From: Malacoraja senta
Lineage: Eukaryota
Direction of reading: 5' to 3'
Assembly (NCBI GenBank): GCA_038087875.1
Contig: CM075980.1
Span: 10,168,001 to 10,232,000 of the forward strand
DNA length: 64,000 nt
In this document: in pieces, positions 11,110-24,702 of the stretch
How the letters are laid out: each line of letters begins with the position of its first letter
Position numbering within the stretch: position 1 is the first letter of the stretch
Notes under the pieces: model-generated
The model's input: only the letters and a program-made list of their open reading frames with translations
The model's database searches: none
Told to the model about the DNA's origin: nothing
Program-made: the position numbers and the translations under genes

Positions 11110-12795
11110 GCAGTAGATCATAGAGCTGGGCACATAGAACATAGAGGGTAGGGCATAGACTGCAGAACATGGAGCATTGACCATACATGGACATTAGATC
11201 ATAGAACACACACCATGGACCATACATGGACATTAGACCATAGAACATACACCTGGACCATACAACATGGGCATTAGATCATAGAACATAAAGCATGGAC
11301 CATACATGGACATTTGACCATGGACCACACATGGACATTAGACCATAAAACATACACCTGGACCATACATGGACATTAGACCATAGAACATTGATAATGG
11401 ACCACACATGGACATTAGACCATAGAACATTGACCATGTTCTGCTACCAAAGTGGATAACCTCACATTTATCTGCATTAGACCATAGAACATTGACCATG
11501 GACCATACATGGAATTAGGCCATAGACCATTGACCACACATGGACATTAGATCATAGAACATAGACAATGAACCATACATGGACATTAGAACATAGACAA
11601 TGGACCATACATGGATATTAGACCATAGAACCCAGAGCATGGAACATACAACATGGACATTAGCTCATAGAACCTACACCATGGGCCATACATGGACATT
11701 AGACCAAAGTACATAGACCGTGGACCATACATGGACATTAGACCATAGAACATACACCATGAACCATACATGGACATTAGACCAAAGTACATAGACCGTG
11801 GACCATACATGGACATTAGACCATGGAACATACATCTGGACCATACATGGACATTAGACAATGGAACATTGACCTTGGACCATACATGGACATTAGACCA
11901 TAGAACATACACCATGAACCATACAACATGGACATTAGACCATAGAACTCAGACCATGCACCATACATGGACATTAGAACATAGAACATTGACCATGGAC
12001 GTTAGACAATGGAACATTGACCGTGGACCACACATGGACATTAGACCATAGAACTCAGAGCATGGACCATACATGGTCATTAGACCAAAGTACATAGACC
12101 GTGGACCACACATGGACATTAGACCATAGAACATACACCATGAACCATAGATGGACATTAGAACATAGAACATACACCTGGACCATACAACATGGACATT
12201 AGAACATAGAACATACACCTGGACCATACAACATGGACATTAGAACATAGAACATACACCTGGACCATACAACATGGACATTAGACCATAGAACATACAC
12301 CTGGACCATACATGGACATTAGAACACCGACTATGGACCATGGACCATACATGGACATTACATCATAGAACATTGACCATGGACCACACATGGGCATTAG
12401 ACCATAGAACATTGACCATGAACCATACATGGGCATTAGAACATCGAACATACACCATGGATCATACAACATGGACATTAGATCATAGAACACAGAGCAT
12501 GGACCACACGTGGACATTAGACCATAATAATAATAATAATAATAATACATTTTATTTATATAGCGCTTTTCAGGACTCAAAGTCGCTTACCATAGAACAC
12601 AGAGCATGGACCACACATGGACATTAGACCATGGAACATTGACCATGGACCATACATGGACATTAGACCAAAGTACATACACCTGGACCATACAACATGG
12701 ACATTAGATCATAGAACACAGAGCATGGACCACACGTGGACATTAGACCATGGAACATTGACCATGGACCATACATGGACATTAGACCATGGAAC
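11110..12795. repeat. Minisatellite of about 38-40 bp units (ggaccatacatggacattagaccatagaacattgaccat and variants); resumes at 14403-14458
   Basis: Direct inspection. The repetitive MDHTWTLDH and MFYGLMSMYGP ORFs are translations of it. Confidence 0.95.
12526..12590 (-). mobile_element. Short 5'-truncated L2-type LINE/SINE 3' end with (ATT)n tail, inserted in the minisatellite
   Basis: Reverse complement taagcgactttgagtcctgaaaagcgctatataaataaaatgta(tta)n. Confidence 0.65.
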
Positions 12796-14402
12796 CATTC
12801 TTCCTCTGCGGACTGTGCTATGGCTGACCAGGCCATGTCGTTCCGAACGAACGTAGCTATGCCATGATGTTTGTCGGCGGTGTAACCAACCAGGGTATAC
12901 CCAGGAAGTTTCAGGAAGTTCTTGTTTTCGGTGTAAGTCTCCTGCAGTAGAACTATAGTCGCCTTGTTTTTGATGGCAATCTGTCCGATGACGTTGAGCT
13001 TGGCGGTGGTAAGGCCTTCATCATTGAGCTGCAGTAGCGTTAAACCTCAACAGTTGGCGGCATTTAACGGTGCCGCCTGGCCTGGGGAGGCATGGCTTTT
13101 AGCGGTCTGCAGACGTGGTAAAGACATTGGTTTCGCTTTGTGGGCTTATGAGCCTGTAAGCTACTCGTAGAGGAGGCCGCGTAAAGGCTGTCTTTGTCTC
13201 CCCGGGAAATGCAGCAGGGTGAGGAAACTTAAGAACGGCGTCCCACAGGGCTCAGTGCTGGCACCAATGCTGTTCAATATCTACATCCATGACCTGCCTG
13301 CAACCCAGTCAAAGAAGTATGGCTATGCTGATGACCTGGCCATCCTACTTAGTAAGCCATCCTGGGAAGCAGCAGAAGAGGGCCTCTCTGAAGACATGAA
13401 CATCCTGTCTTCATACCTGAGGAACTGGCGCCTCAAGCTCAGCATGGGTAAGACAACATCTTCAATGTTCCACCTCAACAACAGGGAAGCGTCCCGCGAG
13501 ATGAACGTCATGGTGGATAACGCCGGTAACGGTCCCAGCCTGTCCCCACGTACCTCGGTGTGAAACTCGACAGAACGTTGTCATTCAAACAACACCTGGA
13601 AGGTGCCAGGGCAAAGACAAGCGCTCATGCCGCACTGATTCGCCACCTAGCCGGCACCACAGGGGGAGCCACGACGAAGACACTGCTCATGTCCAGAGTG
13701 GCCCTGGTGTTCTCAGCCGCTGAGTACTGCGCCCCGGTCTGGTGCCGTAGCCCTCACGCCAAGAAGCTGGATGCTGCCCTCAACAGCACCCTGCGGACAG
13801 TCTCCGGATGCCTACGAGCCACCCCAGTAAACCAACTGCCCGTCCTCGCTGGCATCGTCCCAGCCAACATCGGACGAGAAGCAGCCACGCTGGCCCTCTC
13901 TCGAAAGGCACAGACCAGTGAATCCCACCTCCTCGTCACAGAGACACCACGACGAGTGCGCCTCAAGTCACGGCACCCCTTTGCCACGCAAGCCCAAGAG
14001 CTGCTCTGCACGACCCCGGCTGACACTTCTAAGGCTGCCTGGGTCAAGACGAGATGGAGAGACCAGTGGAAGTCAGCGGAACCATCTAGGCTACACCATT
14101 ACATCGATGACCCCATGGACGTCCCTGGCCAGGACCTGCCCCGAAAGCAGTGGACAACCCTCAACCGCTTGAGGACAGGCATCGGACACTATGGAGTAGC
14201 GATGAAGAGGTGGGGCCTCGTGGTGGACAGCATCTCCTGCGAGTGTGGGGACCCAACACAGACAGTGGAGCACACAGTCACCAGTTGCCCCAAACACCGG
14301 CCACCGAATGGTGAACGAGGTCTGATTGACCTGGACGATGACACGTTGGCCTGGCTCGCCTCAACGGAGCTGCAGGTCTAAAAGACACACGACAGAAGAA
14401 GA
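12796..14402. mobile_element. RTE-X-like LINE with 5' inversion: minus-strand 5' end and APE start (12796-13217) joined to plus-strand RT 3' half (13218-14402)
   Basis: Minus strand LQLNDEGLTTAKLNVIGQIAIKNKATIVLLQETY...KHHGIATFVR; plus strand [18 protein letters not shown]...YADDL...CECG..QT.EH...CP; (AGA)n tail; flanking agaccatggaac repeats. Confidence 0.8.
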
Positions 14403-14457
14403 AGACCATGGAACATACACCACGGACATTAGATCATAGAACACAGAGCATGGACCA

Positions 14458-17400
14458 TGAGGTCCTGAAAGGTGAATTTAGGGAGTTGGGAGGACAGTTA
14501 AGGAGAAGGTCCGCAAAGGTAACAATCTCAGGATTACTACCTGTGCCACGCGACAGTGAGAGCAGGAATGAAATGAGGTGGAGGATAAATGCGTGGCTGA
14601 GGAACTGGTGCAGCGGGCAGGGATTCAAATTTCTGGATCATTGGGACCTCTTTTGGGGAAGGTGTGACCTGTACAGAAAGGACGGGTTTCACTTGAACCC
14701 GAGGGGTACCAATATCCTGGCGGGGAGATTTGCAAAGGCTACTGGGGAGACTTTAAACTAGAACGGTTGGGGGGAGGGACTCAAATAGAGAAAGATGGTA
14801 GAAAATGTGGGAGGCAGGAGGCTGAGAAGGGAAGCACTCAGACCCAAAATGTAGGGGAGAAAGAAGAAAAAGATAATAAACAGAGAATAAGTGGTGGTGG
14901 GTTTCTTAAATGTGTATATTTTAATGCTAGGAGCATTGTAAGAAAGGTGGATGAGCTTAGACTCTGGATTACACCTGGAAGTATGATGTTGTGGCGATCA
15001 GTGAAACATGGTTGCAGGAGGGCTGTGATTGGCAAATAAATATTCCAGGATTTCGTTGCTTCAGGGGTGATAGAATTGGAGGGGCAAGAGGTGGGGGTGT
15101 TGCATTGCTTGTCAAGGAAGATATTACAGCAGTGCTTTGGCAGGATAGATTAGAGGGCTCGTCTAGGGAGGCTATTTGGGTGGAACTGAGAAATGGGAAA
15201 GGTGTAGCAACACTTATAGGGGTGTATTATAGATCGCCAAATGGGGAGCGAGAATTGGAAGAGCAAATATGTAAGGAGATAGCAGATATTAGTAGTAAGC
15301 ACAAGGTAGTGATTGTGGGAGATTTCAATTTTCCACACATAGACTGGGAAACACATTCTGTAAAAGGGCTGGATGGTTTGGAGTTTGTAAAATGTGTGCA
15401 AGATAGTTTTTTGCAGCAATACATAGAGGTACCTACTAGGGAAGGGGCAGTGCTGGACCTCCTGTTAGGAAATGAGACAGGGCAGGTGGCGGAGGTATGC
15501 GTCGGGGAGCACTTCGGGTCCAGTGATCACAATACCATTAGTTTCAATATAATTATGGAGAGGGTCAGAACTGGACCTAGGGTTGAGATTTTTGTTTGGA
15601 GAAAGGCAACTTTGAGGAGATGCGAAAGGATTTAAAAGGAGTGAATTGGGACATGTTGTTTTATGGGAAGGATGTAGAAGAACAATGGAGGACATTTAAG
15701 GGTGAACTTTTAAGAGTACAGAATCTTTATGTCCCTGTTCGGTTGAAAGGAAATAGTAAAAAATGGAAAGAGCCATGGTTTTCAAGGGAAATTGGACACT
15801 TGGTTCGGAAAAAGAGAGAGATCTACAATAATTATAGGCAGCATGGAGTAAATGAGGTGCTTGAGGAGTATAAATAATGTAAAAAGAATATTGAGAAATA
15901 AATTAGAAAAGCTAAAAGAAGATATGAGGTTGCTTTGGCAAGTAAGGTGAAAGTAAATCCAAAGGGTTTCTACAGCTATATTAATAGCAAAAGGATAACA
16001 AGGAATAAAATCGGTCCATTAGAGAGTCAGAGTGGACAGCTATCTGCAGAGCCAAAAGAGATGGGGGAGATATTGAACAATTTCTTTTCTTCGGTATTCA
16101 CGAAGGAGAAGGATATGGAATTATGTGAGGTAAGGGAAACGAGCAGAGTAGCAATGGAAACTGTGACAATCAAAGAAGAGGAGGCGCGGACACAGGATAT
16201 TCCCTAGGACATTGAGGGAAGTTAGTGTAGAAATAGCAGGGGCTATGACAGAAATATTTCAAATGTCATTAGAAACGGGAATAGTGCCGGAGGATTGGCG
16301 TACTGCGCATGTTGTTCCGTTGTTTAAAAAGGGTTCGAAGAGTAAACCTAGCAATTATAGACCTGTTAGTTTGACGTCAGTGGTGGGCAAATTAATGGAA
16401 AGGATACTTAAAGATAATATATATAAGCATCTGGATAAGCAGGGTCTGATTAGGAACAGTCAACATGGATTTGTGCCTGGAAGGTCATGCTTGACTAATC
16501 TTCTTGAATTTTTCGAAGAGGTTACTAGGGAAATTGATGAGGGTAAAGCAGTGGATGTTGTCTATATAGACTTCAGTAAGGCCTTTGACAAGGTTCCTCA
16601 TGGAAGGTTGGTTAAGAAGATTCAATTGTTGGGTATTAATGGTGGAGTAGCAAGATGGATTCAACAGTGGCTGAATGGGAGATGCCAGAGAGTAATGGTG
16701 AATGGCTGTTTGTCAGGTTGGAGGCCGGTGACTAGTGGGGTGCCTCAGGGGTCTGTGTTGGGTCCACTGTTGTTTGTCATGTACATCAATGATCTGGATG
16801 AAGGTGTGGAAAATTGGATTAGTAAGTATGCAGATGATACTAAGATAGGTGGTGTTGTGGATAATGAAGTAGATTTTCAAAGTCTACAGAGAGATTTAGG
16901 CCATTTGGAAGAGTGGGCTGAAAGATGGCAGATGGAGTTTAATGGTAACAAATGTGAGGTGCTACATCTCGGCAGGACAAATCATAATAGGACGTACACG
17001 GTAAATGGTAGCGAATTGAGGAATGCAGTTGAACAGAGGGATCTAGGAATAACTGTGCATAGTTCCCTGAAGGTGAAATCTCATGTAGATAGGGTGGTAA
17101 AGAAAGCTTTTGGTGTGCTGGCCTTTATAAATCAGAGCATTGAATATAGAAGTTGGGATGTAATGTTAAAATTGTACAAGGCATTCGTGAGGCCAATTCT
17201 GGAGTATGGAGTACAATTTTGGTCGCCTAATTATAGGAAGGATGTCAACAAAATAGAGAGAGTACAGAGGAGATTTACTAGAATGTTGCCTGGGTTTCAG
17301 CAACTAAGGTACAGAGAAAGGTTGAACAAGTTAGGTCTTTATTCTTTGGAGCGCAGAAGGTTAAGAGGGGACTTGATAGAGGTCTTTAAAATTATGAGCG

Positions 17401-17743
17401 GGTTAGACAGAGTGGACGTGGATAAGCTTATCCCATTGAGAGTAGGGAAGATTCAAACAAGGGGACATGACTTGAGAATTAAGGGACAGAAGTTTAGGGG
17501 GAACATTAGGGGGAACTTCTTTACTCAGAGAGTGGTAGCTGTGTGGAATGAGCTTCCAGTGGAAGTGGTGGAGGCAGGTTCGATGTTATCCTTTAAAAAT
17601 AGATTGGATGGGTATATGGACGGGAAAGGAATGGAGGGTTATGGTCTGAGTGCAGGTAGATGGGACTAGGGGGAAGTATTGAAGGGCCGAGATGGCCTGG
17701 TCCGTGCTGTTATGGTTATATGGTTATATGGTTATATGGTTAT
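14458..17743 (+). mobile_element. CR1 LINE, 5'-truncated within the ORF1 esterase; ORF2 (APE plus RT) with frameshifts and a small internal deletion
   Basis: ORFs 14408-14761, 14991-15635, 15596-15877, 15935-16207 and 16212-17669 ([30 protein letters not shown]); (GGTTATAT)n tail. Confidence 0.95.
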
Positions 17744-17959
17744 AAATCCAAAGGTTGGATCAAGGAAGAGTGAAAGATGATATATTTCCAAGCCTTGATG
17801 TGCTTGGAAGTTACATTGCAGACAACTACATTATTATGCGGAAGATAAACACAAAATGCTGAAGTAAATCAACGGGCAGGCAGAATCTCTGGAAACACGG
17901 GATAGGTGTCAGCTTCTGCACAAAGCACCCAATGCAAATGAGCACCTGTAGTTCCTGGA

Positions 17960-19740
17960 CTCTGCGGAAGGACTTGGATATGCTGGGGGAATGAGCTGAG
18001 TAGTGGGAGATGGGATACAGCACAGCAAAGTGTGGAGTCATGCATTTGGGTAGCAGGAATAAAGTATGACTATTTTATAAATGGGGAAATAATTCACAAA
18101 TCGGAGATACAAAGTGACTTGGGGGTGCTGTTGCAGGATTACCAAAAAGTTAATTTGCAAGTCGAATCATTAGCAAGTAATGTGAATGCAATACTAGGAT
18201 TTCTTTCAAGAGGGCTAGAATACAAAACATGGATGTAATGCTGAGGCTTTATAAGGAACTGCTCAGACTGGATTTGGATTATTATGCGCAGTTTTAGGCC
18301 CCATATCTGAGGAAATATGTGCTGGCTTTGGAGAGGGTCCGGATGAGGTTTAGGAGAATGATCCCAGGATTAATTGGGTTAATATGTGACGAGCACTTGA
18401 AGGCACAGGGATTGTGTTCGCATGAGTTTAGAAGGATAAAGGAGGACCTGATTGAAACTTACCAAATAGTGAAAGGCTTCTATAGTAAACGTGGAGAGGA
18501 TGTTTCCACTGGTGGGAGAGTCTGTGGCCAGTAGCCATAGACTCAGCATTAAAGGACGTATCTTTATAAAGGAGAAGAGGAGGATTTTTATTAGTCAGGG
18601 GGTGGTGAATCTTTGGAATCAATTGCCATAGAGAGGCGTGGATAAAGTCTCCTCATCTCATTCCTAAATGGCCTACACCCTCATTCTTAATCTGTGATGC
18701 CTGGTTCTGTTCATCCCCAACATCGGGGGAAAAAATTCTACCTCTAGCCTGTCCAATCCCTTCAGAATTTTATGCGTTTCTATAAGATTCCCTCTCATCC
18801 TTCTAATTTTAGGTAATACAAGCCCAGTCGTCCCATTCTTTCATCATATGTCAGTCCCGCCATCCCGGGAATTAACCTGGTGAATTGACGCTGCATCCCT
18901 CAATGGCAAGAATGTCCTTCCTCAAATTAGGGTCCAAAACTGCACACAATAGTCCAGGTGTGGTCTCAACAGGACCCTGTACTGCTGCAGTAGGACCTCC
19001 TTTCTCCTATACTCAAATCCTCTCACTATGAAGGGCAACATGCTATTTCCTTTCTTCATTGCCTGGTGTACCTGCATGCTTACATTCAATGACTGATGTA
19101 CAAATGACTAATGTGCAGGGCCTCGTTGCACTTCACCTTTTCCTAATCTGACACAATTCAGATAATAACCTGCCTTCTTGTTCTTGCCACCAAAGTGGAT
19201 AACCTCACATTTATCCACATTATACTGCATCTGCCCACTCACCCAACCTATCCAAGTCACCCCATACCACCCTCTTCGCAGCTCACGCTGCCACCCAGCT
19301 TTGTGTCATCCGCAAACGTGGAGATGTTACTTTTAATTCCCTCGTCTAGATCATTAATATATATTGTAAATAACTGGGGTTCCAGCACTGAGCCTTGCGG
19401 CATCCCACTAGTCACTGCCTGCCTTCTGAAAAGGACCCATTAATTCATTCTCTTTGCATCCTGCCTGCCAACCAGTCCCTTATCCATGTCAATACCCTAC
19501 TCACAAAACCATGTGCTCTCGTTTTGCACACTAATATCTTGTGTGGGACCTTGTCAAAGGCTTTTTGAAAGTCCAGATACAACACATCAACTGGCTCTCC
19601 CTTTTCCATTCTACTTGTTACATCCTCAAAAGTTTCCAGAAGATTGGTCAAGCATGATTTCCCTTTCATAAATCCCTGCTGACTTTGTCGGATCCCTTCA
19701 TTGCTTTCCAAATACGCTGCAATTACATCTTTAATAATTG
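17960..19740. mobile_element. Degraded CR1 fragments (plus about 17960-18640, minus about 18640-19740); counterpart in copy B at about 43173-44600
   Basis: Broken RT motifs DFQKAFDKVPH and QQGFMKGKSCLTNLL. Confidence 0.75.
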
Positions 19741-20759
19741 AATAATTTTAAAGCCGAGATTGACAGATCCTTGATTGGTACAGGGGGTACGGAGATAAGA
19801 CATGAGAATGGTAGAGAGGTTAAGATAGATCAGCCATGATTGAATGGTGGAGAAACCTTGATGGGCCGAATGGCCTAATTCTGCTCCTAGAAGAATGAAT
19901 TTATGAACATGAATTATGCGTCTGGTTCTTGAATGCCTTGGTGACCATTTTCTTGAGGTTATACATAAGGGGACTGATTAGAATGCATTCTGTAGACGGC
20001 ACAGACTGTGGGCTTGTTGCACTTGTGGCAAAGAGAGGCAAAGAATGGGATTATGCCATTAAAATAAAAACGTCATCCTGTAAAATCTCGCACTTCTTGA
20101 ACGTTGTCGGATCCGAAGTCATCACGACATGTAGCGAGGATATCATCATAGACATATTGCTCTTTTTTAAGCATTATCAGTCTTGAAAATTTGGTATTGA
20201 GTGGGGAACTGGAATAAGATGGAATGGAGATAGATTATTTTGCTTCCAACAGGATCTTTATTATAGAAAATACGAGAACATTTTCATAAAGCAGTAAATC
20301 TCATGTCCTTCTGCTTGTTAAGCGTGAACTGATATAGACGGCGGGTAATAATAAGAAGTCACATGAATTTCTCCTCTTCCAGATTCCTGTTTGCTATAGC
20401 TTGTCTGGAGATCTCGAAAGTCCCGGCACATTTCGGGATCGTGATCTGATGCGCAGTCTTTCTCTCTCTCTCATGAAGGTGAGTTCTGTGAGCTGTATCG
20501 AAACATTAATTTATAAATCAATAAATCTGATCTCGAAACAAATGTAAGTTTTAAAACTAGTTGTTCTTCTTTGTACTCAAGAAACAGTAAGCTATTTATT
20601 AAATCAAGGGCCGAGCTAGTCTCGGATGTCTCTAAGAATGAAATTGAGATATCCCAATAGACATCTGGAAGTGCCGTGGGGTCAACAATCTTTTCTTAGT
20701 ACACCATGTCCACTTTCTTGACTGTTAAACATTAAACAATCCTTCATCAATGCACTCTG

Positions 20760-22880
20760 CTCGATCTTTGACATGGTATTGACATGGATAGAGAATTGAT
20801 TGGGAAACAGGAAACAAAGAGTAGGAATAAACGGGTCCCTGTCGGAATGGTAGGCATGGCGAGTGGAGTGCCGCAAGGCTCGGTGCTGGGACCGCAACTA
20901 TTTACAATATATATTAATGATTTAGATGATGGCATTAAAAGTAACACTATCAAATTTGCAGATGACACAAAGTTGGGTGGCATTGTGAAGTCGAAGAAGA
21001 TGCTAGGATGTGGTAGGGCGACTTGGACAGGTTGAGTGAGTGGGCAGATGCATGGCAGGTGCAGTATAATGTAGATAATTGTGAGTTTATCCACTTTGGT
21101 GGCAAGAACAAGGAGGCAGATTATTATCTCAATGGTGTCAGATTAGGAAAAAGGGAAGTGCAGCGAGACTTGGGTGTCCTTGTACACCAGTCACTGAAAG
21201 AAAACATGCAGGTACAGCAGGCAGTGAAGTAAGCTAATGGCATGTTGGCCTTCATAACGAGAGGATTTAAGTAGAGGAATAAAGAGGTCCTTCTGCAGTT
21301 GTACAGGGCCCTGTTGAGACCACATCTGTAGTATTCTGTGTGTTTTTTGTCCCCTAATTTAAGGAAGGGCATCCTTAGTGCAGCGTAGGTTCAAGAGGTT
21401 AATCCCTGGCATGACAGGACTGTCAGATGAAGAAAGATTGGAAAGATTGGGCTTGTATTCACTGGAAGTAAGAAGGAGGGGTGTTATAGAAACTTATAAT
21501 ATCCAGAACTGGGGCCACAGTTTAAGAATAAAGGGGAGGCCATTTAAAACTGAGAGGAAAAAAACCTTTCACCCAGAGAGTTTTGAATTTGTGGAATACT
21601 TTGCAACAGAAGACAGTAGAGGCCCAATTCACTGGATGAATTTAAAAGAGTTGGATAGAGCTCTCGGGGCTAGCGGAATCAAGCGATATGGGGAGAAAGC
21701 AGGCAAGGGTTAGTGATTATGGATGATCAGCCATGATCACAATGAATAGCGGTGCAGGCTCGAAGGGCCAAATGGCCTGCTCCTGCACCTATTTTCTATG
21801 TTTCTATCGCACTTGGTCACATCTAATTCTTCAAAGTTATTCATTTGTATGATGATTGCGTCTCTGGGAAGGCAGTATTTATTGCCCATCCAAAAGAGGG
21901 AACACAGAGACAGAACGAACTGCGGCTGCTGGAATCATGATGAAACACAAAGTGCTGGAGTAACACGGGGTGTGCCTCAGGGTTCGGTGCTGGGACCGTT
22001 AATATTTCTCATCCATATCAATGATTTGAATGAGATCATACTCGGTAAGATTAGCAAGTTTGCAGATGATACAAACGTGGGAGGTTTTGCAGATAGTGGC
22101 GATGGTTGTGAAAAAGTGCAGCAGGATCTTGATCAATTGGCCAGGTAGGCTGAGGAATGGTTGATGGAATTTAATGCAGAGAAATGTGAAGTGTTGCATT
22201 TTGGGTAGTCTAACATGGGCAAGACCTTCGCAGTCGACGGTAGATCGGGTGGTCAAAAAGGCTTTTGGCACATTGGCCTTCATCAGCGAGAGTAATGAGT
22301 ATAGAGGTTGGGAGGTCTTGTTGCAGATGTATCAGACGTTGGTGACGCCGCATTTACATTATTGTGTTCAGTCTGGGCACCATCTTATAGGAAAGATTTC
22401 GACAAGCTGGAAAAGGTACAGAGAAGATTTACGAGGATGTTGCCAGGACTAGAAGGTCTGAGCTATAGGGAGAGGTTGAGTAGGCTGGGACTCTATTGTT
22501 TGGAGCACAGGGAGACGAGGGGGAAATCTTAAAGGTGTATAGGGTCCTCATTGGAATAGATCGGGTAGATGCACAGTCTCTTGCCTAGAATAGGTGAATC
22601 GAGGTTTATGGTGACAGGGCAAAGATTTAATAGGAATCCGAGGGGTAACTTTTTCCCACAGGTGGTTGTATGGAACAAGCAGCCAGAGGAGGTAGTTGTG
22701 CCATGGACTATCCCAACGTTTAAAAACAGTTAGACAGGTACATGGATATGACAGATTTGCACGGATATGAACCCAATACGGGCAGATGGGACTAGTGTAG
22801 ATGGGACATTTTGGCCGATGTGGGAAAGTTGGACCGAAGGGCTTGTTTCCACACTCTATGACTCTATGACTCTCTTTGAC
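20760..22880 (+). mobile_element. Degraded CR1 RT fragments of two subfamilies; counterpart at about 45660-47800
   Basis: [21 protein letters not shown] and KFADDT motifs with stops. Confidence 0.8.
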
Positions 22881-24373
22881 TCTATGGGGGATCATGTAGT
22901 ATCTGTGGGTCGGCATTTGGGAGGTAATAATGAACAGACATGAGCCAGTGCAATCTTTCGCGTGTTCATTTTCTCAAGGTATTTCACGTTGCAAAGTTGA
23001 CAACATGCAGCAGTGAGAGAAGGATGAGAACGGTGAGAGCAGGGACCTGTGTAAATAAACATTAGGTAAACTTGCTAGTCGTAGTGACATGCCTACGTTC
23101 AAAAAGGCTTATGCGCGCAATTACTGCTCATTCTGTAGATGGTACTAATTGTATTCACTTTAGTTTAATTTGTAGATACAGCGCGGAAACAGGCTCTGCT
23201 GCCCACTGATCAACAGTCCCCGCACATTAACACTATCCGACACACTTTAGGGACAATATATAATTTTACCAAGCCAATGAACCTACCAATCTGTCTTTGT
23301 CGTGTGGAAGGAAACCGGAGCTTCCTGCGAAATCCCAGGCAGATCATGGGGAAAACGTAGTGGTGAAAGGATGAATGGTTAAGTTAATGGATTGCTGTCC
23401 AGTCATGTGCACTGCTAAACTAATATATTTAATGAGACCTTAAGGACAATTATTAATTGTAATTATTTTTCTCACCCGCTATTTCCCGAAAACCGCTCTT
23501 CGCGTTTCTCCCTTGTCAGTTTTGCCAGATAGCTGGAGAGCCCATATTCCATTCAACTTTAATTGAATATGGATGTGCTGTATGTAACATTCCTGTCGTC
23601 CTGTCGTACTACAAAGTCGAAAGAACTCTGGAAGTGGTCGGTGAGAGCCAATATGTCCCCTTTTACTTCACTCATATATGCATTAATTTGGTACAGGTAA
23701 CATTTCCACTTTGAGTCGTGGCAAGTTTTGCGAATTACTGCGCATTACAATAGGATAGTATCACAGACCGCTTTTCCAAGCACGACACACATCGGGTAGT
23801 CAAAATAGCCTCCAAAACAGCAACTTTACTGACATTTGTAGTGATCTTCTGTCCCCTCAGGTCCTTTCTAAATTATCTGATACACAAGTAGAAGGGCAGC
23901 CAGTGGGGGTTTTGATTTCTAAAATTACAAAAATATCTAAGTATAGATTTAATGTGCTTTTTAATAAAAACAGTGCTGAGGAGGTGACTGTGATCATGTT
24001 ATGTTCAGCGATACGAAGGTAGACAGAAATGCTGGAGAAACTCAGCGGGTGAGGGAGCATCCATGGAGCGAAGGAAATCAGCGATCCGGATTCAGTTGGC
24101 CCGTTTAGATAAAATATTACTATTCCGTTTTCATTGGTGATTAAACAGTTACCGAATTTAATATTTAAACCTCGCAATCTGTTTAATGTATATATGCGGA
24201 GGGTTCAGACAAGAAATTTTAGATGGTTTGTTTATAAAGAAGGGACAACTGTGGCAATCCTTTTCATTCTGCTGTATGTATGAGAACGCATGAAGCTTTT
24301 TAGAAATACAAATTTCTAAAAGAAGACCTGCACGTTTCACAGTGGCGAATATTTTGAGGAAGAATCTGGCAAT

Positions 24374-24490
24374 TTCTGATTGGCTTCGACGAGCATATCG
24401 TTTTGATTGGTTTGGATAGATAAACACACGGTGACATCTCGTCATTCCATTTATAAAGAGAGCCAGAGAGCAAGATTACACGTCACTTGT
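24374..24490 (+). promoter_or_regulatory. IgL cluster A promoter: two ATTGG (CCAAT) boxes, TGACATCTCGTCA and ACACGTCA (CRE-like) motifs, TATAAA at 24452
   Basis: TATAAA lies 76 bp upstream of the ATG; conserved in copy B (TATAAA at 49243). Confidence 0.55.
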
Positions 24491-24527
24491 CCTGGAAACT
24501 GCCGCCCGATCGGAGCTCATTCGGTTA

Positions 24528-24582
24528 ATGAAAATGTCTTATTGGATCCGTGTGGTCGGAGCGTTGGTGTTTTGCGCAGTTT
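24528..24582 (+). CDS. IGL: Ig light chain cluster A leader exon (MKMSYWIRVVGALVFCAV)
   Basis: Hydrophobic signal peptide; phase-1 donor T|gtgagt; 120-bp intron to the V exon. Confidence 0.88.
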
Positions 24583-24702
24583 GTGAGTATTTTACTTTCC
24601 TGGACATTATACTTATTTCTATTCACCATTAATTTGGGGTTATCTCCCACACTTCAACAAACTTAACAATTTTCTTTTTTTCTGATATTTCTCTTTTCTC
24701 AG

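Noticed and set aside
11110-12860. Repetitive ORFs (MDHTWTLDH, MFYGLMSMYGP) and a possible CRISPR-like array
   Set aside because: These are translations of a degenerate minisatellite with no unique spacers, in vertebrate DNA.
20383-20478. The 96-nt candidate exon as the next SLC4A3 exon
   Set aside because: No similarity to the expected LLEKIP/ATVVLVG sequence, and the frame is broken in copy B.
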